Shown one piece after another: positions 33,901 through 42,380 of a stretch of 64,000 nucleotides of DNA. The position numbers and the translations under genes are program-made. How positions within the stretch are numbered: position 1 is the first letter of the stretch; every line of letters starts with the position of its first letter. Source of the stretch: Candidatus Krumholzibacteriia bacterium (GTDB taxonomy: Bacteria; Krumholzibacteriota; Krumholzibacteriia; JAJRXK01); assembly GCA_041484665.1 (NCBI GenBank), contig JBGPIA010000003.1, positions 96,001 to 160,000 of the forward strand. Reading direction: 5' to 3'. The notes beneath the pieces were generated by a model. It was not told the DNA's origin. It searched no databases and saw only the letters and a program-made list of their open reading frames with translations.

Positions 33901-35133
33901 GAACAGGCCCCCGCGGCTGGTGCCTACGCCCAGCAGCGCCGAGCCGGGCAGCGTCACGTCGATGTCCCCGGCGCGGATGGTGCGGATGATGTCGTCCTCG
34001 TCCCCCTCGAAGGCGAGCTTGACCTGGGTCGACTGCGCGCCAATCGCCTCGCTGTCGTGGCTGACGCGCACCTTGATCTTCTCGCCGACGGTGCCGTCCA
34101 GCTCGACGCGCAGCTGCTGCTGCATCTCGAGGGTGGGGAAAAGGCTCTGGTGGCGTTGGACCTCGTTGCCCAGGAAGTCGCTGCGCACGTTCGACTCGCC
34201 CGCAATCGAGATGGTCTCGCTGCCGCTGATGCGGATGTTGGTGGACTCGCCGCGCCCGATCACGCGCTCGATGGTGCGGGGCAGCTTGATGGGGATCGTG
34301 AAGTTGATCTGGCCTCCCTCCTTCTCGGAGGCGGCTTTACGCTGGCGGAGCTGGTCGTCCCACTTGTCGTAGAAGGCGACCGTGCGCCACGTGCGCAGCC
34401 AGCCAGCGAACGAGTGCAAGCCCAGCTTGACCTGCGGATCGCCCAGCGGCCGCGGTGTGGGGAACGCCACCCCGACCACGTTCGTGTCGGGCGCGGTGTC
34501 GAACGCGAAGGCCTCGGGGAACCGGTAGATCGCGACCAGCCCGTGGTGGAGGTCGACCTCCAGGACCTCGACGGTGCGGGGCTCCACGAACAGCGGCAAG
34601 TGCGCGGCGTCGGCGATGGTGCGCCCGAACAGGGTGGCCAAGGTCGGCCGCTGCCGCTCACCGCTGGGATCGACCCCCATGTCCAGGAGCTTCTGGCGCA
34701 TCAGCGCTTCGCGCGCCGTGAGGGCGTCAGGATCGTCGGTCACCCGCGGGAGCAGGTCGAACATCCAGCGGTCCCGCGGATCGGACGCGCCGGCGAGGCT
34801 GGGCTCTGACGCGGGGATTTCGGCGATCCGCTGGACCGGTGCGGCCGCGGCAGTCGCAGCGATACTCTGGCTCAGCGCGGGCGGCGGAACCACGGCGAGG
34901 CTGTCCGTCGACGCGGGCGCGAGGGAGATGCTGTCAACCGGCGCGGGCGCAAGGGCGAGGCTGTCAATCGGCGCCGGCGCCGGAGCCACGGCGAGGCTGT
35001 CAACCGGCGCGGGCGCAAGGGCGGGGCTTTGCCCCAGCGCGGACACGGGAGCGCCGGCTCCGCCGATCAGGCAGGCCAGAAGGAGGGCGCTGCGGGCCAG
35101 CTGCCCGAAACCTCGTCGTCCCCGGTTGGGCAC
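27955..35133 (-). CDS. sprA: SprA/Sov-like giant outer-membrane beta-barrel (type IX secretion translocon homologue, ~2390 aa)
   Basis: 'VELDGTVGEKIKV.V.HDSE', 'EGDEDDIIRTIRAGD', 'GLFGIK', 'GSEQVTLDG..LQRGVDYDIDYFAGEIT', 'AYLEDFE', 'LDTEDL', amphipathic beta-strand C-terminus ending in F. GTG start inferred just before a signal peptide. Confidence 0.85.
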   Translation of the reverse strand: MPNRGRRGFGQLARSALLLACLIGGAGAPVSALGQSPALAPAPVDSLAVAPAPAPIDSLALAPAPVDSISLAPASTDSLAVVPPPALSQSIAATAAAAPVQRIAEIPASEPSLAGASDPRDRWMFDLLPRVTDDPDALTAREALMRQKLLDMGVDPSGERQRPTLATLFGRTIADAAHLPLFVEPRTVEVLEVDLHHGLVAIYRFPEAFAFDTAPDTNVVGVAFPTPRPLGDPQVKLGLHSFAGWLRTWRTVAFYDKWDDQLRQRKAASEKEGGQINFTIPIKLPRTIERVIGRGESTNIRISGSETISIAGESNVRSDFLGNEVQRHQSLFPTLEMQQQLRVELDGTVGEKIKVRVSHDSEAIGAQSTQVKLAFEGDEDDIIRTIRAGDIDVTLPGSALLGVGTSRGGLFGIKIEGAIGGLHFTALTSKEQSQQSRASFNQQGGTEEEVVIPETDYIKNRYFRLTTWQFGPMFLQADPGTSQPALREAPEASIPPDLAPWDSTRFEIDPNSIQLFVSVTAGSGADILDTFPGFAYADPTGLGWERVGVPFDPAVLDNFAPGLVRREKWKQLAENEWEPLHDGRTNQVIGVVLQRSLDVTEALATVYTINQITPQGKIPVFRVGRSPNDPVAPTVTLKDPATGQPLSAYLFKLIKPASESKPTSDTTLRRWGSLDLTWEYPFRNFYDLRGVDIDKSSLQVSIQLVNEPNNPDLDTHITPAIPWLRIFGLDQVNEQAGGAAGHDDRIDLNAGLVDFARGTLQFPVFKPFDASDAALAFFSGVPGYTLPSVWRPRRLYTDIYTGEDPKSGDTHFNIVAKHTSTSSRFRLNAFNIKEGSEQVTLDGVALQRGVDYDIDYFAGEITLKEAARRLNAQSNIQVSYEVDPLFAGGRSSLHGVNLQYDLGLNKSLSTTWLLQSRPSPSRKPRLGEEPTRTWVGNLGAKMRFNPNILTALANLLPLVKTDEQSTLNLDAEVAISVPNPNTQGDAYLEDFESADDSEEINLSREGWYWASLPAEFDAANQRRLWPHQRVLSRWYRPVPGVKREYINPTLSETEKNDVLPALQLHVASGGVAWPDSAFAGIMRGFPAPVDLSQAQFLEFWVNDKRGDPASAAAPPREGKLHFDFGFINEDFWWPRLRTVDGTRDSLVLRTFQTEDKDNDGLISVGEDVGLDGKSNGQEGPPYFPQQIPGSGDDSAADDFRSDERVGTEEFPYIDGTEGNQRLDTEDLTHDTVLDLADGYFSLEVDLADNADVIADVYRDYANVPGFVQSSAQRGDSWRKYRVDLRKLQDRRSRDGLYGSVEPQLSNIRVMRIWYEDPTGTLKEPTRDIQFAEMRFLGNRWRTDGLRDLTDQRVPDTSLCDTDPLPGPSEDFRLGVVNNKENPDYVPPVFPDTRNNIAEKEQALLLAYHDLAPGHQLRVRKDIPAPQGQDFSQYSELNFFWRAPLSNGTLDPAQLDLVPYFWVGTDSTNYYEIAFDFRSAERQLTAGYWKQVRVRLADVTNAKFAKPDSVIAPPLRYTVQRGTIADLEDGSTYVVTVRGNPDVRRVKRYYAGVRYPAVGGNAGCAAGPLLTGEILFNEIRLREVDRTVGLAKRVAINTTLPGVGDFGFEWSQTDPEFHGLNAKIGSNVLRRDWQVRAGSKLQSFIPTLGLDIPFSVSTRNSLQLPKFKTNSDIELITAESQDLEKSTSTSTTYNFQIRRTQASRNKLLAYTYDRLSYSRSASRSRDDTPVGNTTRRSYDDRYSYDLSLTSGFTVKIPLLHYEFRYLPNQISLGSNWRFDRSDRIPIIIGLDGTPGTGATQTSVTKGTTNTLTLSYSPMRNLRASYGITSARDRLQQEELLGVNWGKLDNYSERMTLNYTPQLPLIRALQPDVSYTGSYQENRRVPPRAADYLAYADSNLALLHFNNDRDITVRGRVDIGGWIKKRFGGAKRGAPPPAAAQERRQPGRLDTSGRRAPQQPPAPPPGSLGQAPPDTSRIQPSGGPPPGPAGGTQIEPPPSQQQPPPVEGGVPPGPPTGESAGEPQPAQQQPPPPPGEQEKPPPPGEPAGQPAGQSPPGAPQAGAATAGAARPKVDAAGVLKGLVRPFVTFAKEMQPLSANYSLHNSSGFQYMKHRPQFAYQLGFVDHPDFGPTLSSAPDTVQGANPLIVDHGELFSQTEQLSLSSQSKFSNSLSADLSYQERNTSRSGGGRDSRDLSVDWPVASLKLSGVEKWGIFGDMFSSSSFDLSVRRNKSVPNVTAQRYEPRVSMSISPGWNFRFKNELSGNLRLTLSTDRTRTNAKDAVSRRTSANLKLQKSFDAEGTLGFLRFGKKGIGTKIDSTLDITYDRNENFRESEIGQDQNAGQSHLTVVPNFSYQFSRNLRAGFRLNYGFSKDLRQSITTNTFGLGLNATLTF
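34891..35022. repeat. Four imperfect 30-bp in-frame repeats in the sprA N-terminus
   Basis: Units at 34891, 34921, 34951 and 34987 encode APAPVDSLAV / APAPIDSLAL / APAPVDSISL / APASTDSLAV. Confidence 0.85.
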
Positions 35134-35281
35134 CGCACCCCCCGCGCGCGGCCTGGGCCGGAGCGGGCCGGCCTGGCGCAAAGCGTCCCCTCCGGGAGAC
35201 ACCCCCTGCCCTCGTAAGGGGTCAGTGAAGCTACCGCAGGCGCCTGCGGCGATCCAGCGAATCGGCGGGCTACGTCCTGGC

Positions 35282-35310
35282 TCGACCGCGCGACGCGCGG
35301 AACCTATGCT
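35282..35310 (+). promoter_or_regulatory. Possible sigma70-type promoter for lptFG
   Basis: TCGACC-N17-TATGCT, about 100 nt upstream of lptF. Confidence 0.4.
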
Positions 35311-35322
35311 GTACCGGTGTTC

Positions 35323-35339
35323 CGCAACGAGCCTGCCCG
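35323..35339 (-). promoter_or_regulatory. Putative sigma54 promoter upstream of sprA
   Basis: Minus strand CGGGCAGGCTCGTTGCG: GG(35337-36)-N10-GC(35325-24). Confidence 0.5.
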
Positions 35340-35411
35340 GTCCCGCTGCTGGTGGCCGGCGGGGAGTCTCCGTCGGAGAGCCTTGGCCGCCGCGACCGTC
35401 CAATCCGCCGC

Positions 35412-36800
35412 ATGATCCTGATTTACAGGCATCTCCTCGGGACCTTCGTGCCGCCATTCTTCTTCGGCCTGTCGGTCACCACGTTCGTGCTGATGATCGA
35501 CGTGCTGTCGAAGTACATCGACCTGTTCCTCGAGAAGGGGATCCACGTGGGGCTGGCGACGGAGGTGCTCTTCCTGAGCCTTGGGCACACGTTTGCATTA
35601 TCCATTCCAATGGCCGTGCTGGTTGGCACGCTCATGTCCATCGGCTCGCTGGCCGCCGATCACGAGATCACCGCGCTGCGCGCCAACGGCGTGAGCCTCT
35701 ACCAGACGACGATGCCGCTCTTGGGCATGGGCACGCTGTTGTGCGCGCTGATGATCTTCTACAACCACTACGTGCTGCCCGAGAGCAACCACCGCCTCAC
35801 CAATCTGCTGATCGAGATCCACCAGCTACGCCCCACGCTGCGCGTGGAGCCCAACATGTTCGTCCGCATCGACGACCGCTACACCATCTTCGTGCGCGAG
35901 AAGAACGACCGGACGGGCGAGCTGCGCGGCGTGAAGCTCTACCAGGCGCGCGGCCGCGGCGACCGCTTCCCCGACGTGATCGTGGCACGCACTGGTGTGC
36001 TGCGCACGGTGGCGCCTGGCCGCATCGAGCTCGAGCTGCGCTCGGGTGAGATGCACAGCATGCCCGACACGCGCAACACTGCCACCTACCAGCGCACGGC
36101 ATTCTCGCGGCAGACCTTCAACATCGACCTGGGCCCCGAGGGGAGCGCCCGCTCGCGCGAGCAGCGCGGCCAGCGCGAGATGAACCTCTCGCATCTGGCG
36201 CACGGGCGCCGTGAGGAGCTGGGGCAGATGGAGGACGCGCAGCGCGAAGCGCGGACCGTGCTGCAGCGCGCTCTGCTGGCGCTGGGCTCCCTGCGCTCGC
36301 CGGCGCCGGTCGATCCTGCTGCTGGCGCTGGCCCCGGCGCCAGCGCTCCATTCGCAGCCTACCGCGATCTGGTGGCGGCGACCACCCGCGACGCGTCGGC
36401 CCTGGCGCTCAAGGCCCAGCTGGTTGATGCCCACCGCCTCAAGGCGAGCCAGTACGCCGTGGAGTACCACAAGAAGTTCGCCATACCGGTCGCGTGCATC
36501 GTGTTCGTTCTGCTGGGGGTGCCTTTGGGGGTGTCGACCGGGCGGGGCGGCCGGGGCGTCTCCACCGGGATCTCGCTCGCGGCGTTCCTCGTGTACTACC
36601 TCTTCCTGACCGGCGGAGAGAAACTCGCCGACCGCGGCCGCCTGTCGCCGTGGCTTTCCATGTGGATGGCCAACTTCGTGCTGGGGGGGCTGGGGGTCGC
36701 GCTGCTCATCCGCTCGGTGCGGGAGGTGCACGTGCTCCGCCTTTCGCGTCCCGCCTGGGTGCGCAGGATGTGGACGCACTGGCTGCGGCAGGGCGCATGA
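35412..36800 (+). CDS. lptF: LPS export ABC transporter permease (LptF/LptG family)
   Basis: MILIYRHLL, SIPMAVL, LAADHEITALRANGVS, EYHKKFAIPVAC, MWMANFV. Confidence 0.88.
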   Translation: MILIYRHLLGTFVPPFFFGLSVTTFVLMIDVLSKYIDLFLEKGIHVGLATEVLFLSLGHTFALSIPMAVLVGTLMSIGSLAADHEITALRANGVSLYQTTMPLLGMGTLLCALMIFYNHYVLPESNHRLTNLLIEIHQLRPTLRVEPNMFVRIDDRYTIFVREKNDRTGELRGVKLYQARGRGDRFPDVIVARTGVLRTVAPGRIELELRSGEMHSMPDTRNTATYQRTAFSRQTFNIDLGPEGSARSREQRGQREMNLSHLAHGRREELGQMEDAQREARTVLQRALLALGSLRSPAPVDPAAGAGPGASAPFAAYRDLVAATTRDASALALKAQLVDAHRLKASQYAVEYHKKFAIPVACIVFVLLGVPLGVSTGRGGRGVSTGISLAAFLVYYLFLTGGEKLADRGRLSPWLSMWMANFVLGGLGVALLIRSVREVHVLRLSRPAWVRRMWTHWLRQGA

Positions 36801-37873
36801 CGCTGCTCGACCGCTACGTGCTGCGGCTGTTCCTGCGCGTGCTGGGTTGGTCCCTGCTCGCCTTCACCTCCCTATTCGTGCTGGTCGACCTCTTCGACCA
36901 CCTCGACGACTTCCTCGACGACCACGCCACCACGCTCTCCATCGCCAAGTACTACGCGTTCCAGCTGCCGTGGGTCGTGGACCTCTGCCTGCCGGTCGGA
37001 ATGCTGTTGGCCAGCCTTTTCACCACCGGCTTGCTCTCGAAAAACCGCGAGTACATGGCGTCCTTGGCGGCGGGCGTGAGCCTGGCGCGACTGTCGCGCT
37101 GGGTGATCGTGCTGGGCGTGGCCATGACCGCGGGCACGTTCGTGTTCCGCGAGGAAATCGTCCCCGAGGCGAACCGCCTGCGCACCGAGGTCAAGCAATA
37201 CGAGATCGAGCACAAGCCGCGCGGCGACCTCAAGAGCAAGAGCGACTTCGCTCTGGTGGGCGAGAAGGGGCGCGTCTACGTCGTCTCGCGGTTCCGCCCC
37301 GCGCCGCCGACCCTCGACGGCCTGTCGATCCAGACCTTCGGCGACACGACCATGGTCGAGCGCATCGACGCCGCGCGAGCGACCTGGACCGGCGCCCACT
37401 GGACGCTCCACACCGGGACCATCCGGCGCTTCGGCCAGGCCGGCGAGACCGTGGAGCGGTTCGACAGCTACGATCTGAACGACGCGGCGGAGACCCCCGC
37501 GGATTTCTCGCGCCGGGAGGTCGAGCCCGAGGACATGGACTATCGGGAGCTGGCGTCCTTCGCCGGGTGGGTCGAGCACACCGGCGGCGACGCCACGCCG
37601 TACCGGGCGGCGCTGGCGAACAAGCTGAGCTTCCCCTGGGTGAACGTCATTCTGGTCGTGCTCGGCCTTTCGTTGGGGGCCGAGCGCCGCAAGACCACAG
37701 TCTGGGCGGGCTTCGGTCTGACCGTCGGCCTGGCGTTCGCCTATTACCTGTTGATGGACTTCGGGCTGGCACTGGGCAAGGGGGGGGCCCTTCCCGCTTG
37801 GCTCTCCGCCTGGGGGGGCAATCTGGTCTACGGCGCAGGCGCCTTGCTGCTCTTCCACCGGGCGAACCGCTGA
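36797..37873 (+). CDS. lptG: LPS export ABC transporter permease (LptF/LptG family)
   Basis: MTLLDRYVLR, LSKNREY.A..AAGVS, PEDMDYREL, KLSFP, LPAWLSAW; ATGA overlap with lptF. Confidence 0.88.
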   Translation: MTLLDRYVLRLFLRVLGWSLLAFTSLFVLVDLFDHLDDFLDDHATTLSIAKYYAFQLPWVVDLCLPVGMLLASLFTTGLLSKNREYMASLAAGVSLARLSRWVIVLGVAMTAGTFVFREEIVPEANRLRTEVKQYEIEHKPRGDLKSKSDFALVGEKGRVYVVSRFRPAPPTLDGLSIQTFGDTTMVERIDAARATWTGAHWTLHTGTIRRFGQAGETVERFDSYDLNDAAETPADFSRREVEPEDMDYRELASFAGWVEHTGGDATPYRAALANKLSFPWVNVILVVLGLSLGAERRKTTVWAGFGLTVGLAFAYYLLMDFGLALGKGGALPAWLSAWGGNLVYGAGALLLFHRANR

Positions 37874-38061
37874 CGCTCTCCGCGTCGCCCGCCCGGGCTG
37901 GCCACGCGCGGTCGACCGTGACGGGTCGATTGCCCCTTGCCCGTCGATGGCGTGTGTTGATACTTTGATCCGCTGGCTGCCGCCGGTCGCTGCGAACTCC
38001 CTGTCGTCGCCGCGCCCGATCCGGTGGCCCGCCCCGACCCCACGGCGAGAGCTGATCCACC

Positions 38062-38775
38062 ATGAAGCGTCTGATCGAACTGCCGCGCCTGCGGCCCGCC
38101 TCCGTGGCCACCCTGCCCGCCGCCGCCTTGTGCGCGCTCTTGGGCGCTGGTTGCGGCAAGAACCTGGCCCCCCAGATCACCAGCCTGACCGCAAACCCCA
38201 CGTGCAGTCCGCTGTCCCCCTCGGGCCCGGGCGGCTACGTCGACGTCACCTTGTCCGCCCGCGCCACCGGCGGCAACCCCAAGAGCCAGCCCACCGGGGT
38301 CAACGCACCGTTGGACATGACGTGGGACTTCGGCGACGGCGGCACCGACCAGAACAAGTCGCTCGTCTTCCACCGCTACACGGCGAGCGGCACATACCAC
38401 GTGACGGTCACCGTCAAGGACAAGGACGGCGACGCCGACGAGCGCGGCGTTGACGTCCGCGTGCTCACCGCCGAGGAGGCGATCATCGCCCAGGCCACCA
38501 AGGACGAGGTGGTGACGGTTTCCAGCGGGGGCAGCGTGATCGGCTACGACGCCCATTTCTCGGCGACGGCCTCGTCCGCGTGCAATCTCTCCCCTCTGGA
38601 GACGCAGTTCCTCTACGAGTGGAACTTCGGGGACAATACGCCGCTGCAGCGCGGCGAGCAGGTGGTGCACCGCTACGCGGCCACCGGCGGTCCCTACAAC
38701 GTCACGATCAGCGTCACGATGCTGAACTCGGACTCCACCAAGCAGGTGGATCTGCCGGGCGTGGCGATCCCCTAG
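38062..38775 (+). CDS. Lipoprotein with two PKD domains
   Basis: Lipobox LGAG-C; PKD motifs WDFGDG...HRYTASGTYHVTVTV and WNFGD...HRY...YNVTISV. Confidence 0.85.
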   Translation: MKRLIELPRLRPASVATLPAAALCALLGAGCGKNLAPQITSLTANPTCSPLSPSGPGGYVDVTLSARATGGNPKSQPTGVNAPLDMTWDFGDGGTDQNKSLVFHRYTASGTYHVTVTVKDKDGDADERGVDVRVLTAEEAIIAQATKDEVVTVSSGGSVIGYDAHFSATASSACNLSPLETQFLYEWNFGDNTPLQRGEQVVHRYAATGGPYNVTISVTMLNSDSTKQVDLPGVAIP

Positions 38776-38919
38776 GGGTTTGCATCGCCAGAGCGGGGGC
38801 GCTCGCCGCAGAGTCGGGACTTGCGCCACGCAATGGGCGGGCGCCGCGCCGCGCGCCGCCGCTCACCTCTGCCCACTGCGCCAGCGTGACCTGATCCCGC
38901 GCGGCAGTGGTGGGCTGCG

Positions 38920-40083
38920 CTACATGCCCAGGAAGCGGCGCACCTCGTCGACGCGGCTCTTGCGCTCCCAGGTGAACTCGGGCTCCTCGCGCCCGAAATG
39001 GCCGTAGGCGGCGGTCTTGCGGTAGATCGGCCGTTTGAGGTCGAGCACCTTGATGATTCCCGCCGGGGTTAGATCCCACAGCTCGCGCGCGGCCTGGGTC
39101 AGCTTGGAATCGGAGACCTTCCCGGTGCCAAAGCTGTCCACCATGATCGACACGGGCTCTGCGACGCCGATCGCATAGGCGAGCTGCACCTCGAGCTGCT
39201 CGGCGGCGCCGGCAGCCACGAGATTCTTCGCCACGTGGCGCGCCGCGTAGCTCGCACTGCGGTCCACCTTGCTGGGGTCCTTGCCGGAGAAGGCACCGCC
39301 GCCGTGGCTGCCGACCCCGCCGTAGGTGTCCACGATGATCTTGCGGCCGGTGAGCCCGCAGTCGGCCTTGGGCCCCCCCTGCACGAAGCGTCCCGTGGGA
39401 TTGATCAGATAGCGGCAGTCCTTGTAGTCCAGCCCGGTCGCGTCCAGCACCGGCCGCACGACGTGCTCGATCATCTCGGCGCGGATCTGGTCGTGCTTGA
39501 CGTCAGGGTGGTGCTGCGTGGAGACCACCACCGTGTTCGCGCGCACTGGACGCTTGCCTTCGTATTCGATGGTGACCTGGGTCTTGCCGTCGGGACGCAG
39601 CCAGGTGACCTGCTTCTCCTTGCGCAGCCGCGACAGTCGCTGGGCCATCTTGTGGGCCAGCGCGATGGGCATGGGCATGAACTCGGGCGTCTCGGTGCAC
39701 GCGTAGCCGAACATGAGGCCCTGGTCGCCGGCGCCCTGCTGCTCGGGGGTCCCGCGATCCACGCCGATGGCGATGTCGGGGGATTGGGCGTCGATGGAGG
39801 TCAGCACCGCGCAGGTCTCGTAGTCGAAGCCGAACGTGGCGTCCGTGTAGCCGATCTCACGGATGATCGCGCGCGCGATCTCCGGGATCTCGACGTAGGT
39901 CTGCGTGGAGATCTCACCAGCGATCAGGGCCAGCCCGGTGGTGACCAGCGTCTCGCAGGCCACGTGGGATTGGGGATCGCCGCCGATGATGGCGTCCAGG
40001 ACGCCGTCGGAGATCTGATCGGCCACCTTGTCGGGGTGCCCCTCGGTCACCGACTCGGACGTGAACAGGTGCTTCTCGGCCAT
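38920..40083 (-). CDS. metK: S-adenosylmethionine synthetase
   Basis: [49 protein letters not shown]. Confidence 0.98.
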   Translation of the reverse strand: MAEKHLFTSESVTEGHPDKVADQISDGVLDAIIGGDPQSHVACETLVTTGLALIAGEISTQTYVEIPEIARAIIREIGYTDATFGFDYETCAVLTSIDAQSPDIAIGVDRGTPEQQGAGDQGLMFGYACTETPEFMPMPIALAHKMAQRLSRLRKEKQVTWLRPDGKTQVTIEYEGKRPVRANTVVVSTQHHPDVKHDQIRAEMIEHVVRPVLDATGLDYKDCRYLINPTGRFVQGGPKADCGLTGRKIIVDTYGGVGSHGGGAFSGKDPSKVDRSASYAARHVAKNLVAAGAAEQLEVQLAYAIGVAEPVSIMVDSFGTGKVSDSKLTQAARELWDLTPAGIIKVLDLKRPIYRKTAAYGHFGREEPEFTWERKSRVDEVRRFLGM

Positions 40084-40121
40084 CGTCTGTGGGCTCCTTG
40101 TTGGGTATGAGCGAGCGTTTC

Positions 40122-40150
40122 ACGCTACCAGAAGGGTCGCGTCAATGCAA
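40122..40150 (-). promoter_or_regulatory. Possible sigma70-type promoter for metK
   Basis: TTGCAT(40150-45)-N17-TAGCGT(40127-22) with an extended TG. Confidence 0.45.
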
Positions 40151-41119
40151 TTCGGTGCGCGAGTAGTCGCCGACGTTGAGGCTGGCGCCGCGCCCCTGCA
40201 CCTCGGCGTAGGGGCCGATCAGGCTAGCCCGCAGCACCACGCCGTCGACCTGCGCCCCCTCGTTGACGATGCTGTCGGCGATCACGGCGTCCTTGATGAC
40301 GGCCCCCGGTCCGATCGTGACGTGGGGCCCGATCACGCACGAGCGCAGGCGCGCCGACGGATGGATCTCCACGGGTGCCTTGATCACCACCGACCCGTCC
40401 GCATGGATCCGCCCCTCCGGCCCCAGCAGGACCCGATTGGTCTCCAGCAGCGTCTCCGCCTCGCCGCAGTCGTGCCAGCCGTCGATCTCCTGCACCAGGA
40501 AGCGCTCGCCCCCCTCCAGCATGAGCTGGAGCGCGTCCGTCAGCTGGTACTCGCCCTTGGTGCGGATGCCCTCGCGGACGAGGCGGTCGAGGCAGGCGAA
40601 CAGCCGCGCGGACTCCTGGAAGGTGTACAGCCCGACGATGGCCAGGTTGCTGCGGGGCTGCTCGGGCTTTTCGACGAACCGGGTGACCACGCTCCCTTGG
40701 GTCTCCACCACGCCGAAGCGCCGCGGATCGTCCACCGGGCACACTGCGATCAAGTTATCCGGGCGGCGCACCATCGCCGCCAGGTCGGCCCGCACGATCG
40801 TATCGCCGAGGATCACCAAAGCCGGCCCTCCGCCCACCGCGTCGCGGCACAGGTGCACCGCATGCCCCAGTCCCAGGCGCTGGTCCTGCTCGACGAAGGT
40901 CACGCGCTTGTCGCCGTGGTCGCGGGCAACGAACTCGCGGATGCGGTCGCCGTGGTAACCGACCACGATCACGAACTCCTCGATGCCCGCGCCGTGGAGG
41001 CCATCGAGGATGTGCCCCAGGATGGGACGGCCTGCCACGAGCAGCATCGCCTTGGGGATGGTGAGGGTGTGGGGCCGCAGTCGCGTCCCAATTCCGGCGG
41101 CCGGTATGATTGCCTTCAT
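40142..41119 (-). CDS. Sugar-phosphate nucleotidyltransferase (long glucose-1-P thymidylyltransferase-like, C-terminal hexapeptide repeats)
   Basis: MKAIIPAAGIGTRLRPHT...PK, EKP, GEYQLTDAL, WHDCG, left-handed beta-helix tail. Confidence 0.9.
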   Translation of the reverse strand: MKAIIPAAGIGTRLRPHTLTIPKAMLLVAGRPILGHILDGLHGAGIEEFVIVVGYHGDRIREFVARDHGDKRVTFVEQDQRLGLGHAVHLCRDAVGGGPALVILGDTIVRADLAAMVRRPDNLIAVCPVDDPRRFGVVETQGSVVTRFVEKPEQPRSNLAIVGLYTFQESARLFACLDRLVREGIRTKGEYQLTDALQLMLEGGERFLVQEIDGWHDCGEAETLLETNRVLLGPEGRIHADGSVVIKAPVEIHPSARLRSCVIGPHVTIGPGAVIKDAVIADSIVNEGAQVDGVVLRASLIGPYAEVQGRGASLNVGDYSRTELH

Positions 41120-41237
41120 GGTACCTGCACTCCTGGATCCAGAGTCCGCGCTCCCGCGCGCGCCCGCGTGAGCGCCGGGCTCACGCTGGGTCGCCGCGCC
41201 CGCGCCCGTCCGGTGCGCTCGCGCCCGACCGCAGAGA

Positions 41238-42287
41238 TCACAGCTGATCCGCGAGCCTCTGCTTGAGGCGCTCGATGGGCTCGACGGGCATGGGGTCGAC
41301 GCCATACTCGGCGGCCAGATACACCGACAGATAGTCTCCCAGCTGCACCAGGCTCAGGGCCCGCGCCGTGGGTCCCTGCCCCCTGCTCTCGAAGCTCTCC
41401 CAACCCCGTACGCGCTCACCGAGAACCTCGCGGGTGAGCGTGAATCGGCGCTGGATGCGCGGGTGATCCTGGCGATCGCGCAGGGCCACCACGAACAGGT
41501 CCTCGCGCAGTCGCACCGCCGAGTCCCATCCGACGATCTCGTTGTGATCGAGCTCGGGGAGCACGCCGACGTAGGCCATGGCCTTCGCATTCTCGTTGAT
41601 CTGCGTCTTCCACCGCCACGCCACGGCCTCGGTCAGTCCGGCCGCGGCGTAGAGCAGGGGTAGCTTGCCGTAGAGCCGCCGCGCGAGCTGGCGCGCCGGG
41701 TTCTCCGAGACGGGTGCCTGCGGCCCGTACTCGTCGTTGCCTGTGCGCAGCACCGCCGCGGCCTCTTCGATCTGGGCGTCCACGTCTCGGGCGATGCCGC
41801 AGCATTCCAGCAGCCGGAACAGCGCACCCACGCCCAGGCCCAGGCTGGCGCGCGGTGGCAGTCCCTCGGGCAGCAGCACCACCGGGATGCCGTCGCGGCG
41901 GGCGCGCTGCGCCAGCTCCCCTCCCGAGCAGATCGCCACCCGGCGGGCGGTCAGCGGCCCCGCGCCGTCCTGGTCGTACGCCGCGAGGGTCTCCTCGGTG
42001 TTGCCGGAATAGCTGCTGAACACCAGCAGGGTCGAGGCGCCGATCGCTCCCGGCAACCGGTAGGTGCGGCACACGTCGATCGCGGCCGGCGCCTCACGGA
42101 AGACGCCACGCGCCAGCTCGGCCGCCGCCGCGCTGCCCCCCATGCCGCACACCACGACGCGCTCGACCCCCACGAGCTGTGGCAGCTCCGCGGCCAGCCG
42201 CAGCCCATGGGCCAACTGGTCTGGAAGCTGCGCCACCAGCTCCAGCATCGGGCTTGCTTGGCCCCCCGGCTTGCTCGTGGCGGACAT
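41238..42287 (-). CDS. Bifunctional phosphoglucose/phosphomannose isomerase (SIS family)
   Basis: CGMGGS, SSYSGNTEET, PRAS, RWKTQINENAK, PELDHNEIVG. Confidence 0.93.
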   Translation of the reverse strand: MSATSKPGGQASPMLELVAQLPDQLAHGLRLAAELPQLVGVERVVVCGMGGSAAAAELARGVFREAPAAIDVCRTYRLPGAIGASTLLVFSSYSGNTEETLAAYDQDGAGPLTARRVAICSGGELAQRARRDGIPVVLLPEGLPPRASLGLGVGALFRLLECCGIARDVDAQIEEAAAVLRTGNDEYGPQAPVSENPARQLARRLYGKLPLLYAAAGLTEAVAWRWKTQINENAKAMAYVGVLPELDHNEIVGWDSAVRLREDLFVVALRDRQDHPRIQRRFTLTREVLGERVRGWESFESRGQGPTARALSLVQLGDYLSVYLAAEYGVDPMPVEPIERLKQRLADQL

Positions 42288-42380
42288 CGCCCGTCCTCCT
42301 CTGCTGCCTCTGCCACCTCGGCGGCTGGTTCCGCCGTCTCGCCCGGCGGCTGCGCTGGCTCGGCTCGCGCCCCTGCCGCT

